In this document: piece after piece, positions 31,116 to 40,151 of the stretch
Position numbering within the stretch: the first letter of the stretch is position 1
Layout of the letters: every line of letters begins with the position of its first letter
From: Planctomycetota bacterium
GTDB taxonomy: Bacteria; Planctomycetota; B15-G4; JADJEK01
Direction: 5' to 3'
Length of the DNA: 64,000 nt
Assembly (NCBI GenBank): GCA_044225365.1
Contig: JBGAIQ010000012.1
Coordinates: 32,001-96,000 of the forward strand
Position numbers and translations under genes: made by a program
The notes under the pieces: model-generated
The model's database searches: none
Told to the model about the DNA's origin: nothing
What the model saw: only the letters and a program-made list of their open reading frames with translations

Positions 31116-31253
31116 GGAGCGCCGGGCAGAGCCCGGCTCTTGTCGAACCGATGCCGGGCAGAGCCCGGCGGTCCGTTGAGCGAGGCTTGAACTGGGAGCG
31201 CCGGGCTCCGCCCGGCTCTTGTCGAACCGATGCCGGGCAGAGCCCGGCGGTCC
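31116..31253. repeat. Tandem duplicated REP doublet (BIME-like): two 59-bp units, 79-bp period
   Basis: GGAGCGCCGGGC(AGA/TCC)GCCCGGCTCTTGTCGAACCGATGCCGGGCAGAGCCCGGCGGTCC at 31116-31174 and 31195-31253; four GCCGGGC-nnn-GCCCGGC hairpins between convergent genes. Confidence 0.85.
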
Positions 31254-31262
31254 CGGTGACCT

Positions 31263-32381
31263 CTACTTATAAATGAGCCGCGCGGGTTCGCCCGCGGGCG
31301 GGGCGAGGATCACGGGCGGGTGGTACAGCAGGTCGATGGGGAGGGCGTTCTCGCAAGCGAGCAGCGCGTCGCCGTTGCGGGCGCGCCAGCGAAGTAGCGC
31401 GAGGCGGAGTTGCGACGCGATTTCGGGCCGTTCCTTCGATCGATCGAGATTCGTCGACTCGAAGGAATCGAGATCGAAGAGGGATTCGAGAGCCATCTCG
31501 GAGATCCGGCCCTTGCTCTGCTGGACGAACTGCCAGCGACCGGACGACACGCGGTACACGCCGGCCGCTCGATCGCCGGCGAACGAATAACGCCCGGCTT
31601 CGCGCGACTCGTCGTCGAGCAATCGCTCCAGTTTCGATCGAACCTTTACCGGCGCCATGAAGTCGGAGAGCGCCTCGCCGAGATCGATGGGATCGATGGG
31701 AATCGGCGATCGCCTGCCTCCGGCGACGGCATTCGGGAACTTGACGAGAGTCGGCATCGCGAGACTCGACGGGTCGAGCGGCGAGTTCGACTTCGAGCCG
31801 CCGCGCAGGACCGTGACGGCGACGAACAGCGCTTTCCAATCGTCGATCCGGGAGAGGAAGGAACGAAGCTGCGTGAGCACGATCGCAGGGTCGTATTCGC
31901 GCGCGTCGAATTCGATGTAGAGGATTCCGCCCGACCAGTTCGCCGCGGGATCGAGCCAGTCCGCGATGGGGACGAGGCGCGCGGGCAAGCGGAGAAGGAC
32001 TCTTGGCGCGTCGATGGAGCCATCGATCCGCGTCGACTCACCGTCGCGCCACGCGCGGAATTCGTCGATTCCGGAATGGCGATGCAGCTCACGCCCGGCG
32101 AGAAGCGCCGCGCAATTCGGCGCCGCGCTCGTCGCGATTGCGCCCGCGTTCGAGAACACGACGCTTTCGTCGAGCAGCGCCTCTAGGACGCGAGTCCCGT
32201 CGGGCCCGCGCGCCTCGAATTCGAATCGAGCGGCGGGATCGCGCACCACGACGATCACCGCGCCTCGCGCCCTCGGAGCGATTCGCCGTGGAAGATCGAT
32301 CAGCGAGCAGGTCGCCGCAACGAGCATCGCCGCCCCGATCACAACCCTCAAGAAACTCGCAGCCCTCGATCGCGCAGTCAT
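31263..32381 (-). CDS. Degenerate sulfatase/alkaline-phosphatase-fold protein
   Basis: N-terminal TM; SVVFSNA...TSAAPNCAALLAGR at the position of CxPxR...LLTG; MPTLVKFP, IDPIDL, LFDLDS.E.TNL match the sulfatase C-terminal pattern. Confidence 0.6.
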   Translation of the reverse strand: MTARSRAASFLRVVIGAAMLVAATCSLIDLPRRIAPRARGAVIVVVRDPAARFEFEARGPDGTRVLEALLDESVVFSNAGAIATSAAPNCAALLAGRELHRHSGIDEFRAWRDGESTRIDGSIDAPRVLLRLPARLVPIADWLDPAANWSGGILYIEFDAREYDPAIVLTQLRSFLSRIDDWKALFVAVTVLRGGSKSNSPLDPSSLAMPTLVKFPNAVAGGRRSPIPIDPIDLGEALSDFMAPVKVRSKLERLLDDESREAGRYSFAGDRAAGVYRVSSGRWQFVQQSKGRISEMALESLFDLDSFESTNLDRSKERPEIASQLRLALLRWRARNGDALLACENALPIDLLYHPPVILAPPAGEPARLIYK

Positions 32382-33493
32382 GGAATGGCTTCGCTGTTTC
32401 GTGAGCCCTGAGGCGAAACGATCGCACGGTAGAGATCGATCGCCGCGGCGGGAACGAACGCAAGTCCGAGCAGCACGAGCGGCGCGTCGATCCAACCCCA
32501 GTAGGAATTGAACGGCTGGCCAAGGAACGAGAACGCGACGCCGTATGCGATCGTGACGAGCAGGACGAATCTCGCGAACGCTCCTCTCGCGGCGACGAGT
32601 CCGAGCAGCGCGATCGGAAACGCGATCGCGGTCACGACGGGAGGGAAGCCGAGCAGGACGGGGTGGACCCGAATCGTGTTGAGGACGAACGGGAGGCCGC
32701 CGAATGCGAGCCAGGACGAGGCACTCACGGCGGCGTCGTAGTTGCGCTCGCCCACCGCGAGAGCATGCGCGGCAAGGTAGAACGCGTAAGCGGTGAGCGC
32801 GACCGTCCACACCGTGATCGCCCAGCGATCCTTGTGGAGAACGGCGCGAGCCATGATCATCAACACGTAGACGACGGCGAGTTCCCGCACGAACAGGGCC
32901 GCGATTCCGAATGCAACACCGAGCAGTTTCCCCCCCCGAACTCCTCGAGCTTCATCGACGAAGAAGAGCGCCGAGAGCATGATGAGCAAGGCCGCGACCG
33001 GTTCGGCCGCGAGCCACGCGCGAGCGAAGCAGAGGGGAAGGAACGCGAGACCGAGGAGCACGAACGCGATCGCACCGGCGACGGGGCCACTCTCTCTCGA
33101 CACCACGCGGAAACCGAGCAGGCTCGCGAGAAGGGCAAGCAATCCGAGAACGAGGGCGATTCGCGTATCGGAGCCGATCTTGGCGAGAACGGTGAAATGC
33201 GCCGGCGTCCGCCAATTGAAGACGGAGGCCATGGGGTAATTGCGGTCGCGCAGCTCGGAGGCGAGGACTTCGTAATAGGGTTCGCCGTTCCGTACTCGAT
33301 CGAACTCGGCGGAATAGAGATCGAAGTCCGAGCCGCTCTTCTCCGGTCTCGTCTCGATCGGTCGCAACGCGCTCGGGATCGCGCCCATGCAGACGGCGAT
33401 GGCCGCGAGGAGCCCGATCAAGACGCCCAGCGCAGGGGCGCGCGAGAGCGATGCCAGTCGGGTTCGTTCGGAGCGGATCACCAGGATGGGCAT
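32378..33493 (-). CDS. Polytopic membrane protein, possibly a GT-C fold glycosyltransferase
   Basis: About 9-10 TM helices; first loop SDFDLY...FNWRTP; ALFVRELA; ATGA overlap with the downstream gene. Confidence 0.6.
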   Translation of the reverse strand: MPILVIRSERTRLASLSRAPALGVLIGLLAAIAVCMGAIPSALRPIETRPEKSGSDFDLYSAEFDRVRNGEPYYEVLASELRDRNYPMASVFNWRTPAHFTVLAKIGSDTRIALVLGLLALLASLLGFRVVSRESGPVAGAIAFVLLGLAFLPLCFARAWLAAEPVAALLIMLSALFFVDEARGVRGGKLLGVAFGIAALFVRELAVVYVLMIMARAVLHKDRWAITVWTVALTAYAFYLAAHALAVGERNYDAAVSASSWLAFGGLPFVLNTIRVHPVLLGFPPVVTAIAFPIALLGLVAARGAFARFVLLVTIAYGVAFSFLGQPFNSYWGWIDAPLVLLGLAFVPAAAIDLYRAIVSPQGSRNSEAIP

Positions 33494-33565
33494 TCCGAAA
33501 ATGGGCTACTCTCGAACGAATTCGAATGGACCTCTTCGCGAGGCATGCGGAGGTCGACCGACGCC

Positions 33566-34498
33566 ATGCGCGCATACTACTCCGATACGTTTCGATTGCC
33601 GCTTCCGCCCACGCACACCTTTCCGATGGAGAAGTACACGCTTCTTCGCGAGCGTGTCGCGGCAGAAGGAGTCCTTGCACTGGACGATCTGCGAATCCCG
33701 GATCCTGCGACGAACGACGAGCTCGCCCTCGCGCACGACGTCGAATACATCCGTCGCGTCTTTGAGGGCTCTCTCACGAGCGACGAAATCCGCCGCATCG
33801 GTTTCCCGTGGTCGCCCGCGATGGTCGAACGGTCGCGTCGCTCGGCCGGTGCGACGATCGCGGCGTGCCGGGCGGCGCTGGACGACGGCATCGCCGCGAA
33901 TCTCGCCGGTGGGACGCACCACGCGCATCGTGCACGGGGCGAAGGGTACTGCGTGTTCAACGACTCCGCGGTCGCGGCGCGCGTATTGCAGCGCGATCAC
34001 GGGATCTCGCGCGTCGTCGTCATCGACCTCGATGTGCATCAGGGAAACGGAACGGCCACGATCACCGCGGACGATCCGACGATCTTCACGTTCTCGATGC
34101 ACGGTGCGCGCAACTTTCCGCGCGTGAAGGAGCGAAGCGACCTCGATGTCGAGCTCCCGGATGGAACGACGGACGAGGCCTACCTCGAAGCGCTCGCGGA
34201 GCACCTTCCGCGAATCCTGAAGGCCCATCGCCCGGATCTCGCGATCTACCTCGCGGGCGCCGATCCGCTCGTTGGCGATCGGTTCGGGCGCCTTTCGCTG
34301 ACGAAGGCGGGCCTCGCGCGACGCGACGAATTCGTGCTCGCACAGTGTCGCTCCGCGAATCTTCCGGTCGCGATCACGATGGCCGGAGGTTACGGCCGCG
34401 TGGTTGCCGATACCGTGGACGTGCACTTCAACACGATCCAGATCGCGGCATCATGGAGCCTTCGAAAGCCGCCCCCATTGGGATCGAGTTGTGCGTAG
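33566..34498 (+). CDS. Histone deacetylase family (Zn-dependent) protein
   Basis: GGAGG RBS; HTFPMEKY, AGGTHHA, GYCVFND, IDLDVHQGNGT, AGAD, AGGY. Confidence 0.95.
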   Translation: MRAYYSDTFRLPLPPTHTFPMEKYTLLRERVAAEGVLALDDLRIPDPATNDELALAHDVEYIRRVFEGSLTSDEIRRIGFPWSPAMVERSRRSAGATIAACRAALDDGIAANLAGGTHHAHRARGEGYCVFNDSAVAARVLQRDHGISRVVVIDLDVHQGNGTATITADDPTIFTFSMHGARNFPRVKERSDLDVELPDGTTDEAYLEALAEHLPRILKAHRPDLAIYLAGADPLVGDRFGRLSLTKAGLARRDEFVLAQCRSANLPVAITMAGGYGRVVADTVDVHFNTIQIAASWSLRKPPPLGSSCA

Positions 34499-34521
34499 AC
34501 TGTCGGGCTTGGAGGCATGAA

Positions 34522-36489
34522 ATGCACTACCTGCGCGTCGGCGCGGCCGTCCTGAACCAGACGCCCCTGGACTGGGACAGCAATCGCCGCAACATCGAGG
34601 CCGCTCTCGATGAAGCTCGGGCCCAGAATCTCGCGCTGATCTGTCTGCCCGAGATGTGCATCCCCGGTTACGGCTGCGAAGACACGTTCCACGCGCCGTT
34701 CGTGTCCGAGACCGCGTGGAAGATCCTCGAAGAACTGTTGCCCGAGACGCGGGGAATGATCGTCTCGTTCGGTCTGCCGGTCCTCCATCACAACACGTAC
34801 TACAACTGCGCGTGCATCGTCGCCGACGGCGAGATCCTCGGTCTCGTCGCGAAGCAGAATCTCGCGAACGACGGCATCTACTACGAAGGGCGCTGGTTCA
34901 AGCCGTGGCCGCACGGCGTGCGCGCGGTGCATCGCCGCGGGGATCGCGAGATCCCGATCGGCGATCTCGTGTTCGACATCGGCGGGCTGCGAATCGGTTT
35001 CGAGATCTGCGAAGACGCGTGGGTCGCGGGGCGACCCGGCTCCGATCTCGCGCGCTGCGGCGTCGACGTCATCCTGAACCCGAGCGCGAGTCACTTCGCA
35101 TTCGGCAAGCTCGAGGTCCGTCAGCGCTTCGTGCTCGAAGGATCGCGAGCGTTCTCCGTTACGTACGTGTACTCGAATCTCCTCGGCAACGAGTCGGGTC
35201 GCGCGATCTTCGACGGCGGTGCACTCATCGCGAGCGGCGGGAAGATGCTCGCCGTCGGGCCTCGATTCTCGTATCGCGACGTGATCGTGACGACGGCGGT
35301 CGCCGATATCGAAGCCACGCGCACCGCGCAGGGCAGGACGGGTAGCTTCCGGACCGACGTCGAAGAATCACCGCGACTCGTGCGATCGGGATTCGAGGCA
35401 AAGCCTTCCGAGCCCCAGGTGCAGCCGCCGCCCGTGATCGCGCCTTGGGAAACGGCGGGGCACTTGAAGGACGAGGAGTTCGCCCGCGCCACCTCGCTCG
35501 CGCTCTTCGATTACCTGCGCAAGAGCAAGAGTCACGGCTTCGTCGTTTCGCTCTCAGGAGGCGCCGACTCGACCGCGATCGCCTGCCTCGTTCGCCTCAT
35601 GGTCGATTTCGCGCTCGCCGAGATCGGCGCCGACGGCGTGCAGCGCAAGCTCGACTTCGCGCTGAACGACCCGATCGCAGACTCCTCAGCCTTGACGCGA
35701 CGGCTCCTCACGACGGCGTATCAGTCGACACGCAATTCCGGAGACGTGACCCGGAACGCAGCGAAGGCGATCGCGACGGCCGTGGGCGCCGAGCACCATG
35801 AGCTCGACGTCGATTCGATCGTGGCGCAGTACGAGACGGTGATCGAGAAGGCGATCGGTCGCAAGCTGACATGGGAAGCCGACGACATCGCGAAGCAGAA
35901 CATTCAGGCGCGAGTGCGTGCGCCAGCGATCTGGATGCTCGCGAACCTGAAGCGCGCTCTGCTGCTCGCGACCAGCAATCGCTCGGAGGTCGCCGTCGGC
36001 TACACGACGATGGATGGCGATACCGCCGGCGGACTCTCGCCGATCGCGGGTATCGACAAGGCGTTCCTCCGCAACTGGCTGAAGTGGTTGGAGACTCACG
36101 GCCCGCTTGGGTTGGGGCCGATCTCAGCGCTTCACGTCGTGAACGCGCAGGCGCCCACGGCGGAACTGCGGCCGCCCGCCGCGGCGCAAACGGACGAAGG
36201 CGATCTGATGCCGTACCCGATCCTCGAGGCAATCGAGGACGCGGCGATCCGCGACAAGCTCTCGCCCGCGGACGTGCTCGGCCGCCTCTCGATCGAGTAT
36301 CCGGCATTGCCGCACCACGACGCGGTGCGCTTCGTCGCGCGCTTCTTCCGACTCTGGTCGCGCAATCAATGGAAGCGCGAGCGCTACGCGCCATCGTTCC
36401 ACCTCGACGATCGCAACCTCGATCCCAAGACGTGGTGCCGCTTCCCGATCCTTTCCGGCGGCTTCGAACGCGAACTCCGGGATCTGTAA
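34522..36489 (+). CDS. nadE: Glutamine-dependent NAD+ synthetase
   Basis: Nitrilase-type domain (LPEMCIPGY, AKQNL, FEICEDAW) + SLSGGADS, QNIQARVR, TSNRSE, PTAELRP, QWKRER. Confidence 0.97.
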   Translation: MHYLRVGAAVLNQTPLDWDSNRRNIEAALDEARAQNLALICLPEMCIPGYGCEDTFHAPFVSETAWKILEELLPETRGMIVSFGLPVLHHNTYYNCACIVADGEILGLVAKQNLANDGIYYEGRWFKPWPHGVRAVHRRGDREIPIGDLVFDIGGLRIGFEICEDAWVAGRPGSDLARCGVDVILNPSASHFAFGKLEVRQRFVLEGSRAFSVTYVYSNLLGNESGRAIFDGGALIASGGKMLAVGPRFSYRDVIVTTAVADIEATRTAQGRTGSFRTDVEESPRLVRSGFEAKPSEPQVQPPPVIAPWETAGHLKDEEFARATSLALFDYLRKSKSHGFVVSLSGGADSTAIACLVRLMVDFALAEIGADGVQRKLDFALNDPIADSSALTRRLLTTAYQSTRNSGDVTRNAAKAIATAVGAEHHELDVDSIVAQYETVIEKAIGRKLTWEADDIAKQNIQARVRAPAIWMLANLKRALLLATSNRSEVAVGYTTMDGDTAGGLSPIAGIDKAFLRNWLKWLETHGPLGLGPISALHVVNAQAPTAELRPPAAAQTDEGDLMPYPILEAIEDAAIRDKLSPADVLGRLSIEYPALPHHDAVRFVARFFRLWSRNQWKRERYAPSFHLDDRNLDPKTWCRFPILSGGFERELRDL

Positions 36490-36566
36490 GATCGGACCGC
36501 CGCGCTCCAGCGCGGCAGCGTTGAATTCAACGCCGCGAAATCGGGGTCAGCCCCGCGCAATCGACC

Positions 36567-37670
36567 TCACGGCTTTTCGAGCAGCTTCTTCAAGCTCGCG
36601 GCGGCGCGGTCGTCCGGCTTCTTCGCGAGAGCGATGTTGGTGTTCGCCAACGCCCCTTGAATATCGCCCGCGCGGCGCTGCACGAGCGCTGCGGCGATGT
36701 AGCCTTCGGGGCGGTTCGGGGCGAGTGCGATGAGGCGGGCGGACGCGTAACGCAGCACGCTCTCATCCTCCAGCATTGCGCCGACGTCGACGAGCTTCAG
36801 CAACGCCTCGACATCTTCGGCCTGCGTGGAGTCCTTCGTGAGCGCGAGCAGAAGTGCCCGGGCCTCGACGGGCCGCCGCAGTTCGATGAGGCAGCTCGCG
36901 CGCAAGAGCTGCAGATCGCGACGCTGATCGTTCGGCGGCGTCGTGAGCACCTTTGCGAGCGCCGACTCGGCTTGCGAGTAGTGACCGAGTTGCGCGTGGA
37001 TTCGAGCGAGGTCCTCGAGCAGCGATGCGTCATCGGGATCGAGCGCGACGGCCTGCTCGAAGTGCTTCAGCGCTTCCTCGGGTTTCTTCTCCATCAGGTC
37101 GATGTGGCCGAGCGCCTGTTTGTAGCCGGCTTGCGATCCAGCATCGCCATGAGCCGTTTCGAGGAGATCTCGCGCTTCCGCGAACCGATGCAGTCCGATC
37201 AGGATCTCGGCCGTGACGAGACCGTACTTCGGGTTCGATGTGTCCTTGCCGAGAGCCGTTTGATAGTGCGACAGCGCCGAGTCGAGCTCGTTGATCCGCT
37301 CGTACACGACGCCTTTGTAGTATTCGATCTCCGCGTCGGCAGGATCGATCCGCGATGCCTTGTCGAGGCTGTCGAGAGCCGCGACCGAGATGCCCTTCTC
37401 GAGGAGGACGCGGGCCCGCAGGATGTGAGCGTTTGGAACGCGGTCGTAGTTCGCGAGCGAGCGATCGACGCTCGCCAGCGCGAGATCGAGATTGCCCGAG
37501 GTGAACTGCTGGAAGGCGAGATCGTAGTCCGCTGCGGCCTTCAGTTTCTTGTGCCGTAGGTCGGCCTGATCGAGCCCTTCCTGCGTGTACTTGCCGTGCC
37601 CACCGGTGCACCCGGTCAGCGTGAGAGCTGCGACGACGAAGATGCCTGCGAATTGGGGTCCGCGAAGCAT
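36567..37670 (-). CDS. TPR-repeat lipoprotein (TadD/pilotin-like)
   Basis: Lipobox LTGC; multiple TPRs; immediately downstream of the secretin gene. Confidence 0.85.
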   Translation of the reverse strand: MLRGPQFAGIFVVAALTLTGCTGGHGKYTQEGLDQADLRHKKLKAAADYDLAFQQFTSGNLDLALASVDRSLANYDRVPNAHILRARVLLEKGISVAALDSLDKASRIDPADAEIEYYKGVVYERINELDSALSHYQTALGKDTSNPKYGLVTAEILIGLHRFAEARDLLETAHGDAGSQAGYKQALGHIDLMEKKPEEALKHFEQAVALDPDDASLLEDLARIHAQLGHYSQAESALAKVLTTPPNDQRRDLQLLRASCLIELRRPVEARALLLALTKDSTQAEDVEALLKLVDVGAMLEDESVLRYASARLIALAPNRPEGYIAAALVQRRAGDIQGALANTNIALAKKPDDRAAASLKKLLEKP

Positions 37671-37741
37671 GGGAACTCCTGGCCCAGGATCGGGTCGCGA
37701 CGAAGAAGACGATGCGCGCGCGCTGCGCGAGAGGCCTCGAA

Positions 37742-39790
37742 TCAGTTGCCGCCGGTGCCGGCACCGCCGCCCGTGCCCCCGCCGTTGCCTGCTCCATTGC
37801 TGGGCGGCGTCGTCGGAGGTGCGTCGGCCGGGTTCTCGGCGGGCGGCTCGCTAGCGGGTTCGTCGGCGGCGGGTTCTTCGGGCGTCTCGACGCCCATCTC
37901 TTCCTCCGCCGGTACTTCCGCACCGCGCGCTTCGGGGAAGTCCTTGTCGAGCTCACCGGTGACGATGCGCTCCAGCATGCTGCGGGTCGGCCAATAGCGC
38001 TCGTCCGTGAGCTGCTCCTGGAGGCGAATCATCTCGGGCTGTTGCGGATGGAGCTGCAGCGAGCAGCGCAATTGGAAGCGTGCCCAGTCGTACTCGCCCT
38101 CGGAGGCGTTCTTCTGCGCGCGAAGATTGAACATCGCGCTCATCTTCTCGCGGCTCCACGGCAGGAGGCCGAGACGCGAACCGACGCGCACGCGCTCGTA
38201 GTAGGCGAGGCCTTCCTGGCCTTGCTGCGCGAGCACGTTCTCCGACATCACCGTCGGCTTGATCATGAAGATGATCTCGTCGCGCTTCAGGTGGTCGTCC
38301 TGACCTTCGAACGCGTGCCCGACGAGCGGGAGGTCGCCGGCCCAGGGGACCTGCGAACGGCTGCGTGAGACGTCTTCGCGGAACAGACCACCGAGGATCG
38401 CGGTGTGACCCTCCGGAACGAGCACGTCGGTGAGCACCGTCTGGATGTTCTCGTCCGGGATCTGCTGATTCACGCCGTTCTGCGATTCGACGTCGCGGAA
38501 CACGACCTGCGAGACCTTCGGTGCGAGCTCCATGCGCACCCGCCCGTCCTTCAGGACGAACGGCCGAATGTCGAGCTGAACACCCGTGTCGATGAACTTG
38601 ATCGTCTGCAGCACCTGGTTCTCGACGACCGTCGTCTCGAGGTAGCCGACGCGCGTACCCACGAGGACCTTCGCGCGTTGACGATTGAGCGCAAGGACCT
38701 TCGGATTCGAGAGGAGCGTCACGTCGGTGATCTGATCGAGCGCGCGGATGAAGACGCCGACGTCATCGCCCGCGGTGATCCCGAGCTTCAGCGTTCCCGC
38801 GCCCGCCGCGACGTTGCCGGGATTGCTGAGAACGAAGTTGCGGTTCAGGTTCGTGACCGGCGGTGCCTTCACCGTCGTGCCATCGGCACCGAGGCCGTTG
38901 ATCGTGTCGGGGAAACCGAAGAAGCTCGAGAACTGGACGCCGTCGAGCAGTGCGAAGTCCACGCCGAACGCGTTCTGTTCATCGAGCGTGACTTGGAGCA
39001 CCGTGGCTTCGATCAGCACCTGCTCGGGCTGCGTGTCGAGCGATCGCAGGAAAGACTCGACGCGTTCGACGTTCTCTTCGACGTCATGAATGACGATCGC
39101 GCTCTCCAGCGCGTATTCGTCCTTCTCGGGCGTGTAGATCCCGGAGTCGCTCGACTGACTGCTGCCGGAGTTCGACGAGCCGCCGGCCGCACCACCCGCG
39201 GCACTGCTTCCGCCGCCGCCGCTATCCCCGCCGAGATCCTTCGTCGGAGTGATCTTGCCCTTGGGGGAGAGCAGGGGCTGCGCATACTCCATCGCGTCCG
39301 CGGGGCGCAGATAGTCGAGATGGATGCGCCGGCTCGACAGATTGTTCGGCGAGGAGCGGCGCGCCGCGAGCTCGTCCTTCGTGAAGACGTAGATGACGTC
39401 CCCGTTCTGCTCCCAACCGAGACCATTCGGAGTGAGCAAGCCGTCGAGCGCCGCTTCGACCGTGACGCCGTAGAGCGTCGCGTTGACCGTCTTCTGCACT
39501 CCGTCGCTCGGGACGATGTTGCGTCGCGCGGCCACGGCAAGTTTCGAGAGGACGTTCGTGACGTCATCGTTCTGGACGACGATGTCGCACGTCCCGAACT
39601 CCGTGACGCGCACTTCGGACGAACGGATCACGAGTTTGTCGGCGGGATTCGCCTTGTTCTCCTGGGGGACGTTGACACCGGGAGTCGGTGTCTTCGCGTC
39701 CTGCGCCAGTGCGGCCGAGTGGGCAGCTCCGACGCAGAAGACCGACCAGAAGAGGAAAGCGTGCTTGTCGGATCGAGGGCGAAGAGTCAT
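37742..39790 (-). CDS. Secretin (GspD/PilQ-type architecture)
   Basis: Signal peptide ALA-Q; N0/N3-like domains; QVLIEATVLQV, LLSNPKVLALNRQRAKVLVG, FIDTGVQLDIRP, AILGGLF, VPWAGDLPLVGHAF, IIFMIKPTV. An alternative start lies at 39808. Confidence 0.93.
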   Translation of the reverse strand: MTLRPRSDKHAFLFWSVFCVGAAHSAALAQDAKTPTPGVNVPQENKANPADKLVIRSSEVRVTEFGTCDIVVQNDDVTNVLSKLAVAARRNIVPSDGVQKTVNATLYGVTVEAALDGLLTPNGLGWEQNGDVIYVFTKDELAARRSSPNNLSSRRIHLDYLRPADAMEYAQPLLSPKGKITPTKDLGGDSGGGGSSAAGGAAGGSSNSGSSQSSDSGIYTPEKDEYALESAIVIHDVEENVERVESFLRSLDTQPEQVLIEATVLQVTLDEQNAFGVDFALLDGVQFSSFFGFPDTINGLGADGTTVKAPPVTNLNRNFVLSNPGNVAAGAGTLKLGITAGDDVGVFIRALDQITDVTLLSNPKVLALNRQRAKVLVGTRVGYLETTVVENQVLQTIKFIDTGVQLDIRPFVLKDGRVRMELAPKVSQVVFRDVESQNGVNQQIPDENIQTVLTDVLVPEGHTAILGGLFREDVSRSRSQVPWAGDLPLVGHAFEGQDDHLKRDEIIFMIKPTVMSENVLAQQGQEGLAYYERVRVGSRLGLLPWSREKMSAMFNLRAQKNASEGEYDWARFQLRCSLQLHPQQPEMIRLQEQLTDERYWPTRSMLERIVTGELDKDFPEARGAEVPAEEEMGVETPEEPAADEPASEPPAENPADAPPTTPPSNGAGNGGGTGGGAGTGGN

Positions 39791-40151
39791 CGTTCGTTCA
39801 ACTCTCATTCGACGCGACCAATGGAACGGGTGCCTGCGCACCGCGACTGCGGCGACCCGTCGACGAGGTTCGTCCGCACTTTCCAACGCTGTCTTGCTCT
39901 TGCGGGAGATAGAGTCCTGAAAGGTATTGGCCCCGAGGCTTCGGATCTCGCGAGAATCGCAAGGATCCATCCTCCTGTTCAGCCAGTCCCGCACCGCAAG
40001 GGCGAACTTTACGGGTTTCATCCGGAAGGCGTGACGAAGGACTCTAGAAAAAACGTGCAGTTCACGCTTTGCTGCGGATTCAGCGCGTGGCGGCGACTCC
40101 GCCGAATCGGACTTTTGGACGGGTGTCCTTGAATCGAGATCGGAGTGAACC

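Noticed and set aside
31116-31253. Possible mini CRISPR array
   Set aside because: Only two 59-bp units with a 20-bp gap, a REP-like internal structure and no cas genes.
32663-34521. Apparent long N-terminal extensions of HDAC and NadE (also on xth, GH51, the flippase, the FHA protein and TadB) in the ORF track
   Set aside because: Artefacts of choosing the most upstream start. Downstream starts with an RBS or a family-typical N-terminus fit better.
39140-39235. Gly/Ser low-complexity stretch in the secretin
   Set aside because: Such disordered loops are common in the N3 domain of GspD-type secretins.
39810-40151. Possible c-di-GMP riboswitch or sigma-54 promoter between the secretin and ATPase genes
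   Set aside because: No convincing GEMM motif or TGGCAC-N5-TTGC consensus by eye. An Infernal/Rfam scan would settle it.
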